A stretch of 57,037 nucleotides of DNA, the filler included, from Dugesia japonica (taxonomy: Eukaryota), in assembly GCA_001938525.1 (NCBI GenBank). It is 5 parts of 5 records of this genome, joined end to end, with 100 filler letters (N's around TTAATTAATTAA, not from the genome) between each part and the next. Parts side by side here need not be neighbours in the genome. Positions count along the whole stretch, not along the records: positions 27,039 to 38,677 come from MQRL01636025.1; positions 38,778 to 47,875 come from MQRL01204132.1; 3 more parts are not named here. The stretch is one strand, 5' to 3'. The notes below the pieces were generated by a model. That model was not told the DNA's origin and searched no databases. It worked only from the letters and a program-made list of their open reading frames with translations. Below are positions 28,061 to 40,770 of this stretch, piece after piece. A program made the translations under genes and the position numbers. The first letter of the stretch is position 1, and every line of letters starts with the position of its first letter.

Positions 28061-29440
28061 ACAAGCTGGTGCAATAGACAATTCTGATAAAGAATGTGGA
28101 ATTGTTTATGACAGTAAGTCTGAAATGGAAGAGTTGAAATAGGGTCCTAAATTTCGGGTGTTTTCTGAATTTTTTTTGTTTTCTTACAGCATCTTCGCTG
28201 GCCAAACCAGGACTCGATTAATCCTGGGAAGGGTTTTCTGGTCTGAAAAATGATCTTTGTATAGCTTGGCGTATTGATACGTGTGGTTTCAGGTAGTTAG
28301 CAAGAATATTTATTGATTATTACAAAAATTTATTTAACTGGCATAATTATAATATGGCTAAAAAACTATTCCAATTTAATTTATAGTCCATAAATTAATG
28401 ATATTCAATATCTATTAAAAAATTAAGTTTTTTAATATTTTGCAATTGAAAAGTTTTTTTCATCGCCTTTATCTCTAAAAATCCGAAAACTAAAAATGTA
28501 AACTCATCAAAAAAAAAACACCAATAAATCAGAATTATTTAATTAATTCTTTTAAAAAATCTAAAACCGAAAATTGAATTTACAGAATAAATTCGTTATT
28601 GAAAAACCATCTGGTAAAATAGAATATTGAAGTAAATACAGACTGATCTGAAAATAAATTATGATCTATTTTTAATTTAAATATCACCCAATAAAGCCAC
28701 ATGTTGGAAAAATTTGAATAATTTCAAACTGATAAAATCAGTAAACGACCCCTTTTATTAAAATTTTGATATTATGACTTGACATTTTCGCTATAATTAT
28801 AATATTTAACAGACGTTTGATTTAATAATGGCATTAGTAATTATGATTGATACATATATTTTCTTTCAATAACTCTTTCCCCGACCACTCTATTTTACAA
28901 CAGCGATGAAACACAACAGATATGGATGGACATTTAACAAACACGATCAAATTTGACATTCTCATATACAATATTTAAACAAATTTTTAAATTAAATTAC
29001 AATGAATTACTCAAAATTTAATCGTTTTTAGGTGAGTCTACCACTCTCAGAGTTGATTTTAAGAGTATTTGAAAAATATTCATTTGCATAAATATTTAGA
29101 AAAAAAAATAAAAAAAGATTTAATTTTGTTATTTTAAACAAATTAAAATAAATAAAATTTGAAATGCAGCTTTAAGTTTGAAAAATTTTCATAAAATTTT
29201 AAATATTATAAAATAAAATTTTTATTTTAATTAACCCTTGAATCTTTCTCTAATCCTCATTTAATAAACATTACGGAAGTTTCTATTTCAATAAAAAAAC
29301 TGGAATAATGTGATCATCACTGCATGTTTTTAAGAAGGATATATCAACTTCTTTTCGGCACAAGCTACAAATCAGTTTTGAATATCTTCAAAATATTCAA
29401 TGCAGGTAGAAAATTGCTAGATAAATAACAATGGCATATT

Positions 29441-29485
29441 TTTTGTGATATATTTCGACGGATCAACCGTCATCATCAGACAAAA
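29441..29485 (-). ncRNA. Minimal type I hammerhead ribozyme (Penelope-type, family A)
   Basis: Minus strand reads UUUUGU CUGAUGA U GACGG UUGAU CCGUC GAAA UAUA UC^ACAAAA. Intact core, 6-bp stem I, 5-bp stem II, palindromic stem III and AUC cleavage triplet. Confidence 0.85.
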
Positions 29486-29731
29486 TAAAAATATGAGATT
29501 ATTCAGTTTGTATTATACCAGATTTTAGCAATTATATTGAATATTAGATGGCTATAATAAAAATTCAAAATTTTTATTTAAAAAATTTTTGAAAAAAAAA
29601 TTTTTTATGAAATTTAAGACTATACTAAAATTTGAAAACATTAAAAATTTGTTTGAATAATACAGACTGAATAATCTCATAGTTTTCATTTTGTTTGATG
29701 ATGACGGCTGATCCGTCGAAATATATCACAA
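29443..29731. repeat. Inverted repeat with ~75-bp arms carrying the two hammerheads (probable inverted Penelope-like pseudo-LTRs)
   Basis: ttgtgatatatttcgacggatcaaccgtcatcatcagacaaaat...gagattattcagtttgtattat is mirrored at 29657-29731. Confidence 0.85.
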
Positions 29732-29733
29732 TA
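29689..29733 (+). ncRNA. Second family-A hammerhead, inverted orientation, C3U variant
   Basis: UUUUGU UUGAUGA U GACGG CUGAU CCGUC GAAA UAUA UC^ACAAUA, with AATAAA overlapping the end of stem I. Confidence 0.75.
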
Positions 29734-29986
29734 AAGTTTTATTTTAAATGGCGTTATTAATTTTTTATTTTAATATTTAAAATATTATATTCAAAATAGG
29801 TTAGAAGCTTCGATTAAAATATTGTTTTTTTTTAATAATTTTTAGTTGTAGCTAGTATTTCGAATTGTCGAATTTTATTTTCAGGAATTAACTATAGAAA
29901 GTAAAAGTTAATTCCTGAAAACAAAACTCGGAAATTCGAAATACTAATTAAAAAAATATAAAAAAAGACAGTTGTAATTTAATGAA

Positions 29987-30048
<62 letters not shown>

Positions 30049-30098
30049 NNNNNNNNNNNNNNNNNNNNNNNNNNNNNNNNNNNNNNNNNNNNNNNNNN

Positions 30099-30164
<66 letters not shown>

Positions 30165-32322
30165 TTACTTTCATTCAGTTTGCACTTTGATGTTACAAGT
30201 GCACATGTTCTATTATATTAGCACGCGATTAACATCTCGCTTAGTTTTATTCTGAATTGTATATAAGGTGACGCTGGAACCATTGAGTGGTGAATAACGT
30301 TTTATGAAAGAAAAGCCGTATACCGAATAGTTTTATCATAACGTAATAGTGAAGTAAAATAAATCTATTCAATTTTACAATAAAATTTAAATAATTCTTA
30401 ACAATTTAATTAATATATTTGTTCAAATATTGAACACGAGAGTACAGTCTGTCAAATTTGATCGCATTTGTTAAATGTTGATCGATATAAATGTGTTTCG
30501 GTGTTTTTAAAAAATAAAGAAAATAGAAGATCTACATTTTGAAGTCGAATTATAAAAAATATTTACAAAAATATTAAATGGAATAAAAAAAACTATTATT
30601 GAAAAGAATGTATGAGAAAAATTTTATGATATTAATATTGATTTTTACTAAGAATACTGACTAATAAAAAAATATATTGATTTCATTAATTATATAATAA
30701 TTTTATTATAAAGAATAATTTATTAATAACTTAATTTTAGTAACTATTTTATAAATATTTTATTTTAGTTTTATATTTAATTCTTATATTTAATTCTATG
30801 GTCTTAAGAACTGATTCCAATTTTAAAATATAAATCCAAAAGATCAATTCGATCTATGTCAACAATTCAGATTTCGTTCCATCTTGATGTATTATTATTT
30901 TGGCGTATTTTTATTTAATTTGGAAGAAAATCAATTTTAATACAGCCGGCGAAAATTCTAATATTAATGTTGCCGGGGGAAGTAATCTAATATTGATGCT
31001 CAACAGGGGTATATTTTATACATGTATGTTTCTTTTGTACTGTATAAAATATTAGAACGCTGTATGTGATTTTGTCAAATGGGATAGGGGGTCTGTGCAG
31101 AGGGCTAGCATCTATCTACTAACTAACCGGAACAAAAGTTAAATATTTTAATTATAAAAAATCTTTTTTTCTGTGTTTTCACAACATCATATTTTTATAG
31201 AACGTCAATGTTCTTCAGATAAACCAGAGTCTTTCATCATACCAAGGGAGTAAAATCTATCCTTTTGGAAAGCGACAAATTCTAATAATACCAATAAATG
31301 AAGAATAGAAATTCNTTTAAGTTTAATCGATAACAAGAATAAATAATATTAATCAACGTTAGTAGAAACCTGGGAAATTTAAAACACAAAAGTATTCATA
31401 TTGTCGTTTGAAAAATCTTTTTAAAAAAAAATCAATAATAATAGTAAATTATAAAAACAATTGTAATTTTTTATTAAGATTTAATTTATTTATCAATTTA
31501 ACAATATTTTACTTCGTAAAATTCATATTTTTAGAAAACTCCAAAACTAATAAGAGAAAAAAGAACTAGCAAATTAGAACAGTTTATATAAAGCATTATA
31601 AAATGCAAGAAATGAATCAAGCTATCAAACTTTATTGTTGAATCAATATATCTGTAATGTTAACTAATCAATAGCATTTTAAAATGGAAAATGCGAATTT
31701 ATTCCTAGTATAACGCGGTACTCTTACAACACATTTTTGATACAACAGGAGTTAAAAATTGAGGAAATTCTTGGTTAACGAACTTTTATAACGCCATTTC
31801 AGTACAACGCAAAATTTTAACTTCCATAACGCGAATTTAAAAAAATATTTTTTGTAAAAACATGATAAAATGAAGTATATTTATATTTTGTTGTTTTTTA
31901 AATTTTATTTTTTTAAATAAAGTTTATATTCTAATTTTGACTTGAAATATACATGCGTAATTCAGTATTTTATTTAGGAAAAAAAAATTAGAACATAACT
32001 CTCTACTTTATTTGAAAGTTGAGTCTTACATAACGCGGAATTTTTCTGGAACGTAACCTCCACGTTATACGATACCTGTAGTCTAGTAGTATTGAAATTT
32101 TTGTGTATCAATTACCTATTTTTTATCAATTACATTTGTTAGGTAAATCTTTAATTGGTAATTGATTATTCAAATCGAAACTATTATTTTTAGACATTAT
32201 TTATTTTTCTACTTCAACTCTAGATTTAATAAGAGAAATGATAATTGAATAGAAGCAAAAAAAATTTTATCCAGGATATACTCAATTTCTATTGGCTCAA
32301 AATTATTAAATAATAATTATTT

Positions 32323-32935
32323 CCTCATATCCCCCTTCTTAAGAAGTTTTCCACATTTCTTTCTAATCGCTATCCATTTTCTCCTTGTACCGCATACCGC
32401 CTTTCGTGAATTTTCTCAATTATTTGATAGGGTCCTTCAAATCTGTNNNNNNNNNNNNNNNNNNNNNNNNNNNNNNNNNNNNNNNNNNNNNNNNNNNNNN
32501 NNNNNNNNNNNNNNNNNNNNNNNNNNNNNNNNNNNNNNNNNNNNNNNNNNNNNNNNNNNNNNNNNNNNNNNNNNNNNNNNNNNNNNNNNNNNNNNNNNNN
32601 NNNNNNNNNNNNNNNNNNNNNNNNNNNNNNNNNNNNNNNNNNNNNNNNNNNNNNNNNNNNNNNNNNNNNAGCCCAATCTGTTGACTTTCTTTCCTGAAGT
32701 GTTGCATTAATCAAATCTCAAATTGTTCTGAACTGTCTTTCAACTTGTCCGTTAGCATTATGTTGATATGGACTCGAAAAGAAAAGTTTAATATCTAGCT
32801 TCTGTCCAAACTCTCATAACTCTGGATTCAAACGCTTTTCCACAATCTAATCTTATCTCTCTTGGACATCCAAATCTCAATATCCACTTTTCAAAAATAG
32901 CTTTTCGTATTGTTTCCTCGTCTTGTCTAGACAAA
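32323..32935 (-). mobile_element. Ty3/Gypsy integrase 3' fragment with PPT
   Basis: KWILRFGCPREIRLDCGKAFES..FSSPYQHNANGQVERQFRTI..RFEGPYQIIEKIHERRY, followed by the PPT AAGAAGGGGGA. Paralogous to the element at 20-23 kb. Confidence 0.85.
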
Positions 32936-33138
32936 TCTGATTATTTCAAAGCATTTATATGAATAACATGTTTAGTATAATAAAATTTAATAATTTTCAT
33001 ATTAACAAACAGCTGTTTAAGAAATTTATTATTTTTTTATATTTTGTTTAATGAGAAATAAAAAAAATTTAAATGGAATGTATATAATATATAAAATATA
33101 ATTTAAATTTCAAACAGAATATTTTAAATATTACTCAC

Positions 33139-33470
33139 GTGAATATCGTGTTTCCAAGGAATCATTTTCCAAAAACGATTCTTGTGAAGAAGTTTTCAAT
33201 ATAAGTAAACCGGGAGTTTCAATAAGTTGTAATAAACGAGAACAAATTCCAAAATAAGTTGGATATGAAACATTCATTTTTAACAAATCTGAAAGATTTC
33301 TAAATGCTTCTGTAATTGAATTTGAATTAAGATGAACACAGAAATCTGTAAGATATTTTTGACAGGTTTTTAAAGGTAGAAATTCGATATCTGATATTGC
33401 ATTAGGATATTCAAGTGTATTTAGTTTGACGATTTTATTGTATTTACGGATATACTTCTCTTTCTCAGGT
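33139..33470 (-). CDS. Isolated internal exon of an unidentified host gene
   Basis: Acceptor tttattttcag, donor gtgagt, 332 nt open (PEKEKYIRKYNKIVKLNTLEYPNAISD...DSLETRYS). No family recognised. Confidence 0.6.
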
Positions 33471-34679
33471 CTGAAAATAAAGTAAACTACATCTTCATAC
33501 ATATAATATAATAATACCAATACTACAACTAATTATGATAATAATATTTTAATTATAATAATAATCATAATAATAATAATAAATTTTTTTATTATAATCC
33601 ATAAAAAATTAACACAAGCAACTTTGTGGTTGTTTATATGTAGAGGACAANTAAACGAGTTTTTACTAGTTTATTTCTAAGGTATATTGAGATACTTGCA
33701 ATACTAATGAGAGGTCAATAACTAAAAACTCATCTATTAGTAGACAAACCATATTCAAATGGAATAATCTGAAATATTGATTTGCTAGTGCTACTAAATT
33801 AATTCATATATTAATAATATTTTAAAAGAATTTCAATAATAATAACAATAATAAAATAACAGAATAAACACTATTTAAAACTAAATTGGAAAAAAACAAC
33901 CGAAAAGTTAAAATTAATTTGAACGAAATAGTATTTCAAATAGAAAAATTGATTGCTGGAATATTTAATTATTTAAATAATTGTTTGAATAAATTACAAA
34001 TATATACAATTAAGCAGAACCAATCATAATTTCATTGAAATTTACATGACCGTCAATTTCTATCAAACATTTAAGCTTAATTATAAAAGAAAATGTTTTC
34101 TAATGACAAAGAATCTGATTTCATTGGATAAATATTGTTGCAATTTACGATAATTATAAAATAAATACATGGTGAATTTTCAATAAATATATAGTATGAT
34201 AAAATATATTATCAATAAACAGTAATATAGAACAATAAAATAAGCGATATGCTACAATTGAGTGATAAATCTACAATAAATCTTCCACAAATCATTGATA
34301 ATAGATGATAAATTAAGAGTAATATGGAATAAATACTGATTATATAAGACAAAATGCCGCGAATGTGCGATATTATCCAAATAACCTACATTTGGCACAT
34401 CGAAAGCCGTATGCACCAGTGTGCTTCACATATACATATAAAACAGAATTGCGACAGTAAACGTGTTAATTTTACAATTTTAAAAGATTAAAATATTTAA
34501 AAGTGTAGATGAAAAGAATTTTTTTGAATTTCTTATTAGAGATATGAATGTTCCATTAAGAAAACTAATGGTAAAAATTTAAATTTTAACACGAACTTAA
34601 TTTATTCATAGAATGACGACGAATAAAATTTAATATTTTTTCCGTTATCTGTCGATTCCACCTCAACAATTAACTATAC

Positions 34680-34785
34680 ACAATTCCACTCGGAAAATTC
34701 CACTAGACTCAATTCCCCTATCAATTAGAGTCAGGGGTTAGCGTTAGAGGAATTGAGTCTAGTGGAATTTTCCGAGTGGAATTGT
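34680..34785. repeat. Perfect 37-bp-arm foldback built from 15-bp subrepeats (MITE-like)
   Basis: acaattccactcggaaaattccactagactcaattcc ... ggaattgagtctagtggaattttccgagtggaattgt. The loop contains GGGGTTAGCGTTAG. Confidence 0.9.
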
Positions 34786-35419
34786 TCTAGTGGAATGACC
34801 CTAAAATCTTTCTTTCGTATATTTTAAAAACAATAAACTCTCGTAAAACGCGGAGATACGTTCTCCGTTGTAGGAAATCACGTAAATTTATCTTAAAATT
34901 AAAGTTATCTTATGCTTTATACAGGATTGTTAATCGCGCTATAATATTAGGGGTTACAAAATATTACTAGTCACAAAACATTTGTTGGATTATAAGGGAG
35001 TGCGTTATTCTAATGTCACTGTATATGATTTAATTATTAACTAAATTTTGTTATAAACAAGATCGTTTTTTTAAATTTTAATTTGTAATTTTTATAGCTT
35101 TAGTAATACAAACACAGAAACGTCATTTATGCAATTTTGTTTATTAATTTATTTGAATTGAGGTCCTTATTTACTTTACTCGTTTAATGTGATTTATAAT
35201 GAAATATTATTTTTGATTTGTTTATATACACACTTGCAATATATTACACTATCAAATCATAAACTAAATAAATTTAAAATTTAATTTATTCCACTATTTC
35301 CACTACTTTAAAACAATCATAGGAATATTCGGATATACTCACAACATTTTAATTAGAACAACATTAATATTATATTTGGAATAACTCTATAATTAAATAG
35401 CATAGTATAGAATGAAGAT

Positions 35420-35690
35420 TTTCTGCATTTTTGATGGCCATCATCTTTCAATAGTACAATCAAATGGTTTTCATTGAACTTGGATTGTCGACCGGAGTGG
35501 TCAATATCTTAAAAGTTAGATGTGTCACTTCAAAATTTGGTAGATCAATCATTAGCAGTACTTAAAGCCATTGCACATTTTCCATTCACAGCACAAATAT
35601 CTCGAATTGCTTCAACAACTTTTAGACTTCGATTAAAAGCGAATAAAAGAATGTCAAAAATGTTGTTTTTTTTATCTACTTAGCATTATA
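35420..35690 (-). mobile_element. Mariner transposase N-terminal (HTH) relic
   Basis: ILLFAFNRSLKVVEAIRDICAVNGKCA..DIDHSGRQSKFNENHL. Confidence 0.8.
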
Positions 35691-35884
35691 TTTCTCAAAG
35701 CTCTAAGATTTAAAAAAGATTTACTAACATAATAAAATTACTGAGATTTTCTAGAGCACAAAAAAGAATTTCAAATAATTGTTATTTTTCCATAATAAAC
35801 ACTGAAATAACTCGAAGGTAACTAAACTATTACAATCAACACATACCTACCAACGACAAACAAGCTCTTTGATTTCAGTATTAT

Positions 35885-36882
35885 ACCCAACTCTGGATTC
35901 AATGATGTCACGGGAAAAATTTGCACAAGAAGTTTGGTTTTTAAAGATTTTTCCATCCAGGAAAAGAGAAAGATGTTTAAAAAATAATAGTCAGTAGAGA
36001 AATCAGGCGAGTAAGGAAGATGGGGAAAAGTTTCGTAGCTCTAGTTATATAATCGACGTATTGTCATTTGTGCAGCATGTGACTGAGCATTGTTATGGAG
36101 AACGAATGGGCGTTTTCTGTTGACCAAAGCTGGATGAAGAAATTGGAACGTTTTTCACATCTTGTCAATTTCTTTACAATTATTCGCTGTAATAGTTTCA
36201 CCGGGGTACAGAAATGTATAATGGACAATGATTCCAGATTACCAAGAAGCGCTTAATGTAATATACAGTTTTCATCACACATTAGAATCTAATCGATGAA
36301 AGGGTCGCAGATATTCCGGATAAGTCACGAGGAAACTTCAAAACGCCGACTCTTTTGTTTTTTACTTGAGTCATGTGAAACCCATTTATCAAGCTTCTTC
36401 ACCTAGCTTTATTGTTTGAGATAATTCTAAATTGCCACATGACTGACATTTAACTCTTATAAAAGCTTTCGAATAGTTGTTCGCGGACTTGTCTTAACCA
36501 AGTCGTCCAATTTTTCATTATCCACGGAAGCTGGACGTCCACGACCTTCATTTCTAATCCCCATCTCTAAAAGTTTTGAACCACCTCCTCACCGAGCGCT
36601 CATTTATCGTTGCCTGGCTGAATGCGCGATTAATATTTCTATTTGCTTCTGTAAGCTAGTGGCCCAGTTTGTACTCGTTAAGATAAATAGTATTCAGTTG
36701 TTTTCCATATTTGAAATCTTCAATTGAAATGACGGAATGTTTTGAAATATTAAAACAAACACAGATATATATAAATCTTTTAATAAATAATTAAAATAAT
36801 TTAATAAAGTCTAGTTGCCTTTGAGTTACTTCAGTTTAATATTATTTAAGTCAAAAACGGACATTATTTTCTTACCAACCCG
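35885..36882 (-). mobile_element. Mariner element relic with 5' TIR
   Basis: TINERSVRRWFKTFRDGD, KKLDKWVSHD, MCDE, LHNNAQSH, HLPYSPDFS.DY. TIR-like ggttggtaagaaaataatgtccgtttt at ~36855-36882. Confidence 0.88.
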
Positions 36883-37182
36883 CTTTTATGATTTCTTTAT
36901 TTTGTCCATTTTTTAGCAGAAAAAGACCAGAAATAAAATTATTAATTTTGTATTAAATAAAACTGAAATCAATAAATCGATATGTAAGTAATATTGCTTT
37001 ATTCAAAAAGTATTTAGTTCATAACAATGAATTGTATATATAAGTGTATAATTTCTACATATTTTAACGCATTAAATATCGTTTGAAATTATTATATCAA
37101 TATTCATTTTAACAATTGATATTTTTAATATGATTTATTTTAAAAATATATCAAATATTCTTTAAGGTAGCATAATTGAAAC

Positions 37183-37945
37183 GAATGTTGAAAAACGGCA
37201 TTTTAGAAATTATTGCTTTATTACCGAAAAGGTAAAAATGCCATTTAATCGAGAACGAGATTATGTGACATATGGAAAATATTTCCTAACAAAACGCCAA
37301 TGCCAAAACTTGTTTCAAAGATTTCAAACCGGTAATTCCGATGTTAAAAAAGCACCATATTCAAGAAGATCCATTGGAGCTAATGAAGAGTTTCATTGGT
37401 TGAAACGACCAAATCACGACACAAAATAATACTATAAAATTAAATTTATCGAATTCAACCGTTTATAATCACACAAATGGGCTAGGTTTTGATTCAAAAC
37501 TCGATATATGGGTACTACACCTTCTTAAAGAACAAGATCTACTCCTTNGAATTGAAATCTGTGATTTGCTTCTGAAACGTCAAGTAGATGAAGTAATTCA
37601 TAGTTGGTGATAAAAAATGAATATTTTATAACAATATGAACTGTAAGCGATTATGGTGTAGAAAAGATGAACCTGGTCAAAGCACTTTCAAAGCCGATAT
37701 TCATAAAAAAGTGATGGTCTCTGTCTAGTGGGATTTTAAGGGAATTATTTATTTTGACCTTCTATCTGACAATACCACAATTGATTCGAAAGTGTACCGC
37801 AATGAACTGGATAAATTGAATGACACCAGGAAATAGAAGAGGCCAGATTTAATTACCAGAAAAGGTGTGGTGTTCCATAAGGATAATGCCAGACCTCACA
37901 AAATTAGACAACTCGTCAGAAGTTATTACAAATCGGATGAGATGA
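37183..37945 (+). mobile_element. Mariner transposase relic
   Basis: LTKRQCQNLFQRFQTGNSDVKKAP, DIWVLHLL, GDKK*IFYNN, KKVMVSV*WDFKGIIYFDLL, GVVFHKDNARPH. Confidence 0.88.
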
Positions 37946-38849
37946 AAATTTTTAAAAAAATACAATTATTTAAAAACTGGGTACAAATATTTATCAGTTC
38001 ATTGAAATTAATTTAATTAAATTTCAGTTGATAGATTTGAGAAAGTTAGATTAAAATTATTTGTACAAAAATTACAGAAATAAGAAATTACGAAAGTAAA
38101 CAATTTTTTAAATATATAAATATAGATTTAATTTTTATTTTTCCACGATAGAGAATTTTTATAACGAAAAATTCGAAAACAAAATTATTTTTATGAAATT
38201 ATATTTTTTAAATTTTCAAAATCTTCAAATTAATTTTCACTGGTATTTTTTTGTTAATTATAATTTACGTCGAATACATGAATAGTTTAATCAAAAAAAA
38301 TATTTATATATAACAATAAAAAATATATGAAATATTAATTAACCAGAATAATGAAAAATATAAATATCATATTCTTTTTATAAATAAAAGAAAAAATATA
38401 AAATCGTATTTAAATTTTCAAGAAGATTTTTTGTAATCTTAATGAGATTGTTTTATAAATCTTTCCTTGGATATCATATTCCTTTATTATCATTTTCTTT
38501 TAATTAATTATTTGGATTGATATTTCCAACAATTAATGATATTGAAGTACATAAATTACTGGAACATTCATCCAAATAGAAATTATATTTAACTATAATT
38601 ATTTGTAATTATATAATATATTTTTGTAAGAGCCAAAAAAAATCAAATCAAATGGAAATAATATGAATTATTTTAATNNNNNNNNNNNNNNNNNNNNNNN
38701 NNNNNNNNNNNNNNNNNNNNNTTAATTAATTAANNNNNNNNNNNNNNNNNNNNNNNNNNNNNNNNNNNNNNNNNNNNTTTTACTTTCAATAAAGTTCATA
38801 AAAATTATTGCCAAAATAGGAGACAAGTTGTTACCCATTGCCAGACCAC

Positions 38850-39113
38850 TTAAGACATAATAATTGTAATGTAATTTATATCTCTCAAACTTATTATGAC
38901 TTGGATATAAATAGTATAAGAAATAATAGCAACTGTTTTATATTTTTCAAATTAGGAAAACGTGATAAAGATAATGTTTGTCATGATCTTTTTAGTAACA
39001 TTTTTAATAATAAAGAAGAATATGATTTTGAAACTAATCATCATTGGAAAACAAAATACAATTATTTTTTTCTAGATAAAGAAAAGGAAGTATTGATGGA
39101 CTCAATAATTTAA
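38850..39113 (+). CDS. A32/FtsK-like packaging ATPase, C-terminal part
   Basis: LRHNNCNVIYISQTYYDLDINSIRNNSNCFIFFK..W..KYNYFFLD shows the RH / SQ / IRxN motifs. Walker A/B are not in view. Confidence 0.85.
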   Translation, partial: LRHNNCNVIYISQTYYDLDINSIRNNSNCFIFFKLGKRDKDNVCHDLFSNIFNNKEEYDFETNHHWKTKYNYFFLDKEKEVLMDSII

Positions 39114-39122
39114 TTAAAAGAA

Positions 39123-39575
39123 ATGGTTAACACCACAGAAAAAGAATTAGTAGAATTAATATTAGTAGAATTACTATAAAGAAAATAGTAACAAGTGTAA
39201 ATCAATAAAAATAAATGGTAAAAATAATTGGATAGGTAAAAAGGTAAAGGAACAACTTTTAAAAGAACATCATTATTAGCTTTAATACCAGGAATTTTAG
39301 CAGGAATAGTTGCAGCAGGAACTGTAGCTGCAGGTGTAGCCGGTGCAGCCACTGGGATTGCAAAAGCAGTTACTAATGCACGTGAAGCAGCTAATGAGAA
39401 AAAGAAGGGGGAATTATTAGGTAAACAATTGGGATCGAGTTTATATTTAAATCCTTATCAAGGAGCAACTATTCATAAATAATTAAAATCAATTGGGGGA
39501 GAGGGAATAAGAAATTTAAACAAGGAGTAGAAATTAAGTGGGAAGGTGAAGGATTATATTTAAATCCTTTTAATA
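39123..39575 (+). pseudogene. Gly/Ala-rich Polinton virion core-like protein (adenovirus pVII/pX-like by analogy)
   Basis: KGKG..LLALIPGILAGIVAAGTVAAGVAGAATGIAKAVTNARE..LGSSLYLNPY..EGEGLYLNPF. The ORF track reports only its antisense shadow. Confidence 0.7.
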
Positions 39576-39635
39576 TAAATAATAAATGATATTGAATAAA
39601 GATATTGGAAAATAAAGATATTGGAATATAAAAAA

Positions 39636-40770
39636 TGAATTTTAAACTTATCTTCTCTTAAACTTATCTCAACAATGATATTGATAATGATTATGTTATT
39701 CATGATTACAATGATGAGGATATTAATAATTCATACAATTTTTCTTGAATACAAATAAATTTTAATAAAAAATGGACACAGGATGCAAGATAGAATAAAA
39801 ATTTAAGTGAACAAATTAAGGCTCAAGAAAAGTATAATAAATTAATTCTTGATCAGGTTGGTTTTGAATTTGATATTCAAAATTTACAAAGAATACATGG
39901 AATACAAGGTATTTCAAATAAACTAGAACAAGGATTAATACAAGGTGAACAAGGATTACGAGGTTTAGAACAAGGTATTCAACAAGGTTTTCCCACTAAC
40001 CAGTTGGGTAGACTGGAACAAACTTTACCTAAATTAGTTGAACAAGGAATAGAACAAGTTATTCTTAAAAATCAAGGTTTAGTTAAACAAGGTTTTCAAC
40101 AAGGTTTAGAACAAGGAATACCTGAACCTTTTTTAGAGAACCTAGAGAACCTATTGAGGAACTTGAAGATATTACTAAAATAAAATATGACAATTTAAAA
40201 TTTAAAAAAGAAAATTATAAAATTACAAGAAAGTATGATTTACCTCCTAGTTTAACTCCTAATATTCAATATGATGATGATGATGAATTTGATAATTTAA
40301 TAATAGGTGGATCTATTATATTTTTAAAACAAAGATTATTACATAGTAGTTTCAAGTATTATTTCTTTGTTAATAATAAAAAAGAAATTCTATATAATGG
40401 GGAAGTATTTAAATTAATGTATGGATATGATTCAAATGATTTTGAAGCAAGAGAAAGTTATTTAAGAAATTTTGAAATTAATTTTCCAAACAATAGTAAT
40501 TATGTTAAAGTTTGTAAAACAAGTGAAATTTTTGATACTGGATTTAAAAAATTAAAGCCAGCACCAGAATATAAAGAAATCGAAACTAGTAGGAAAGGAG
40601 ATGGGAACCCAATAAAATTATTTGAACAACTTGTAAAAATAACTTCAGCTATTAAAGCAGGACATGATAATCTTAAAGAAGAATTTAAAAAGATTATTGA
40701 TAAACTTTTACAAAAAAAAATAATTGATGATGATAAATATTCTAGGTTGATTAAAAAATATATTAAATAA
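39636..40770 (+). pseudogene. Polinton protein with EQG repeats and a conserved C-terminal helical motif
   Basis: One frame with three stops to ~40140, then a frameshift into the frame of ORF 40417-40770. It ends KGDGNPIKLFEQLVKITSAIKAGHDNLKEEFKKIIDKLLQKKII, resembling the Polinton 'P.EL..RL..L.....AG' motif. Confidence 0.6.

Noticed and set aside
30940-31125. AGTTAGTAG.. (minus strand) as a Polinton-like terminus
   Set aside because: It faces away from the Polinton, lies on a different scaffold, and has no partner TIR or TSD.
39110-39352. ORF-track minus-strand Ala/Pro-rich ORF
   Set aside because: Antisense shadow of the + strand core-like protein.
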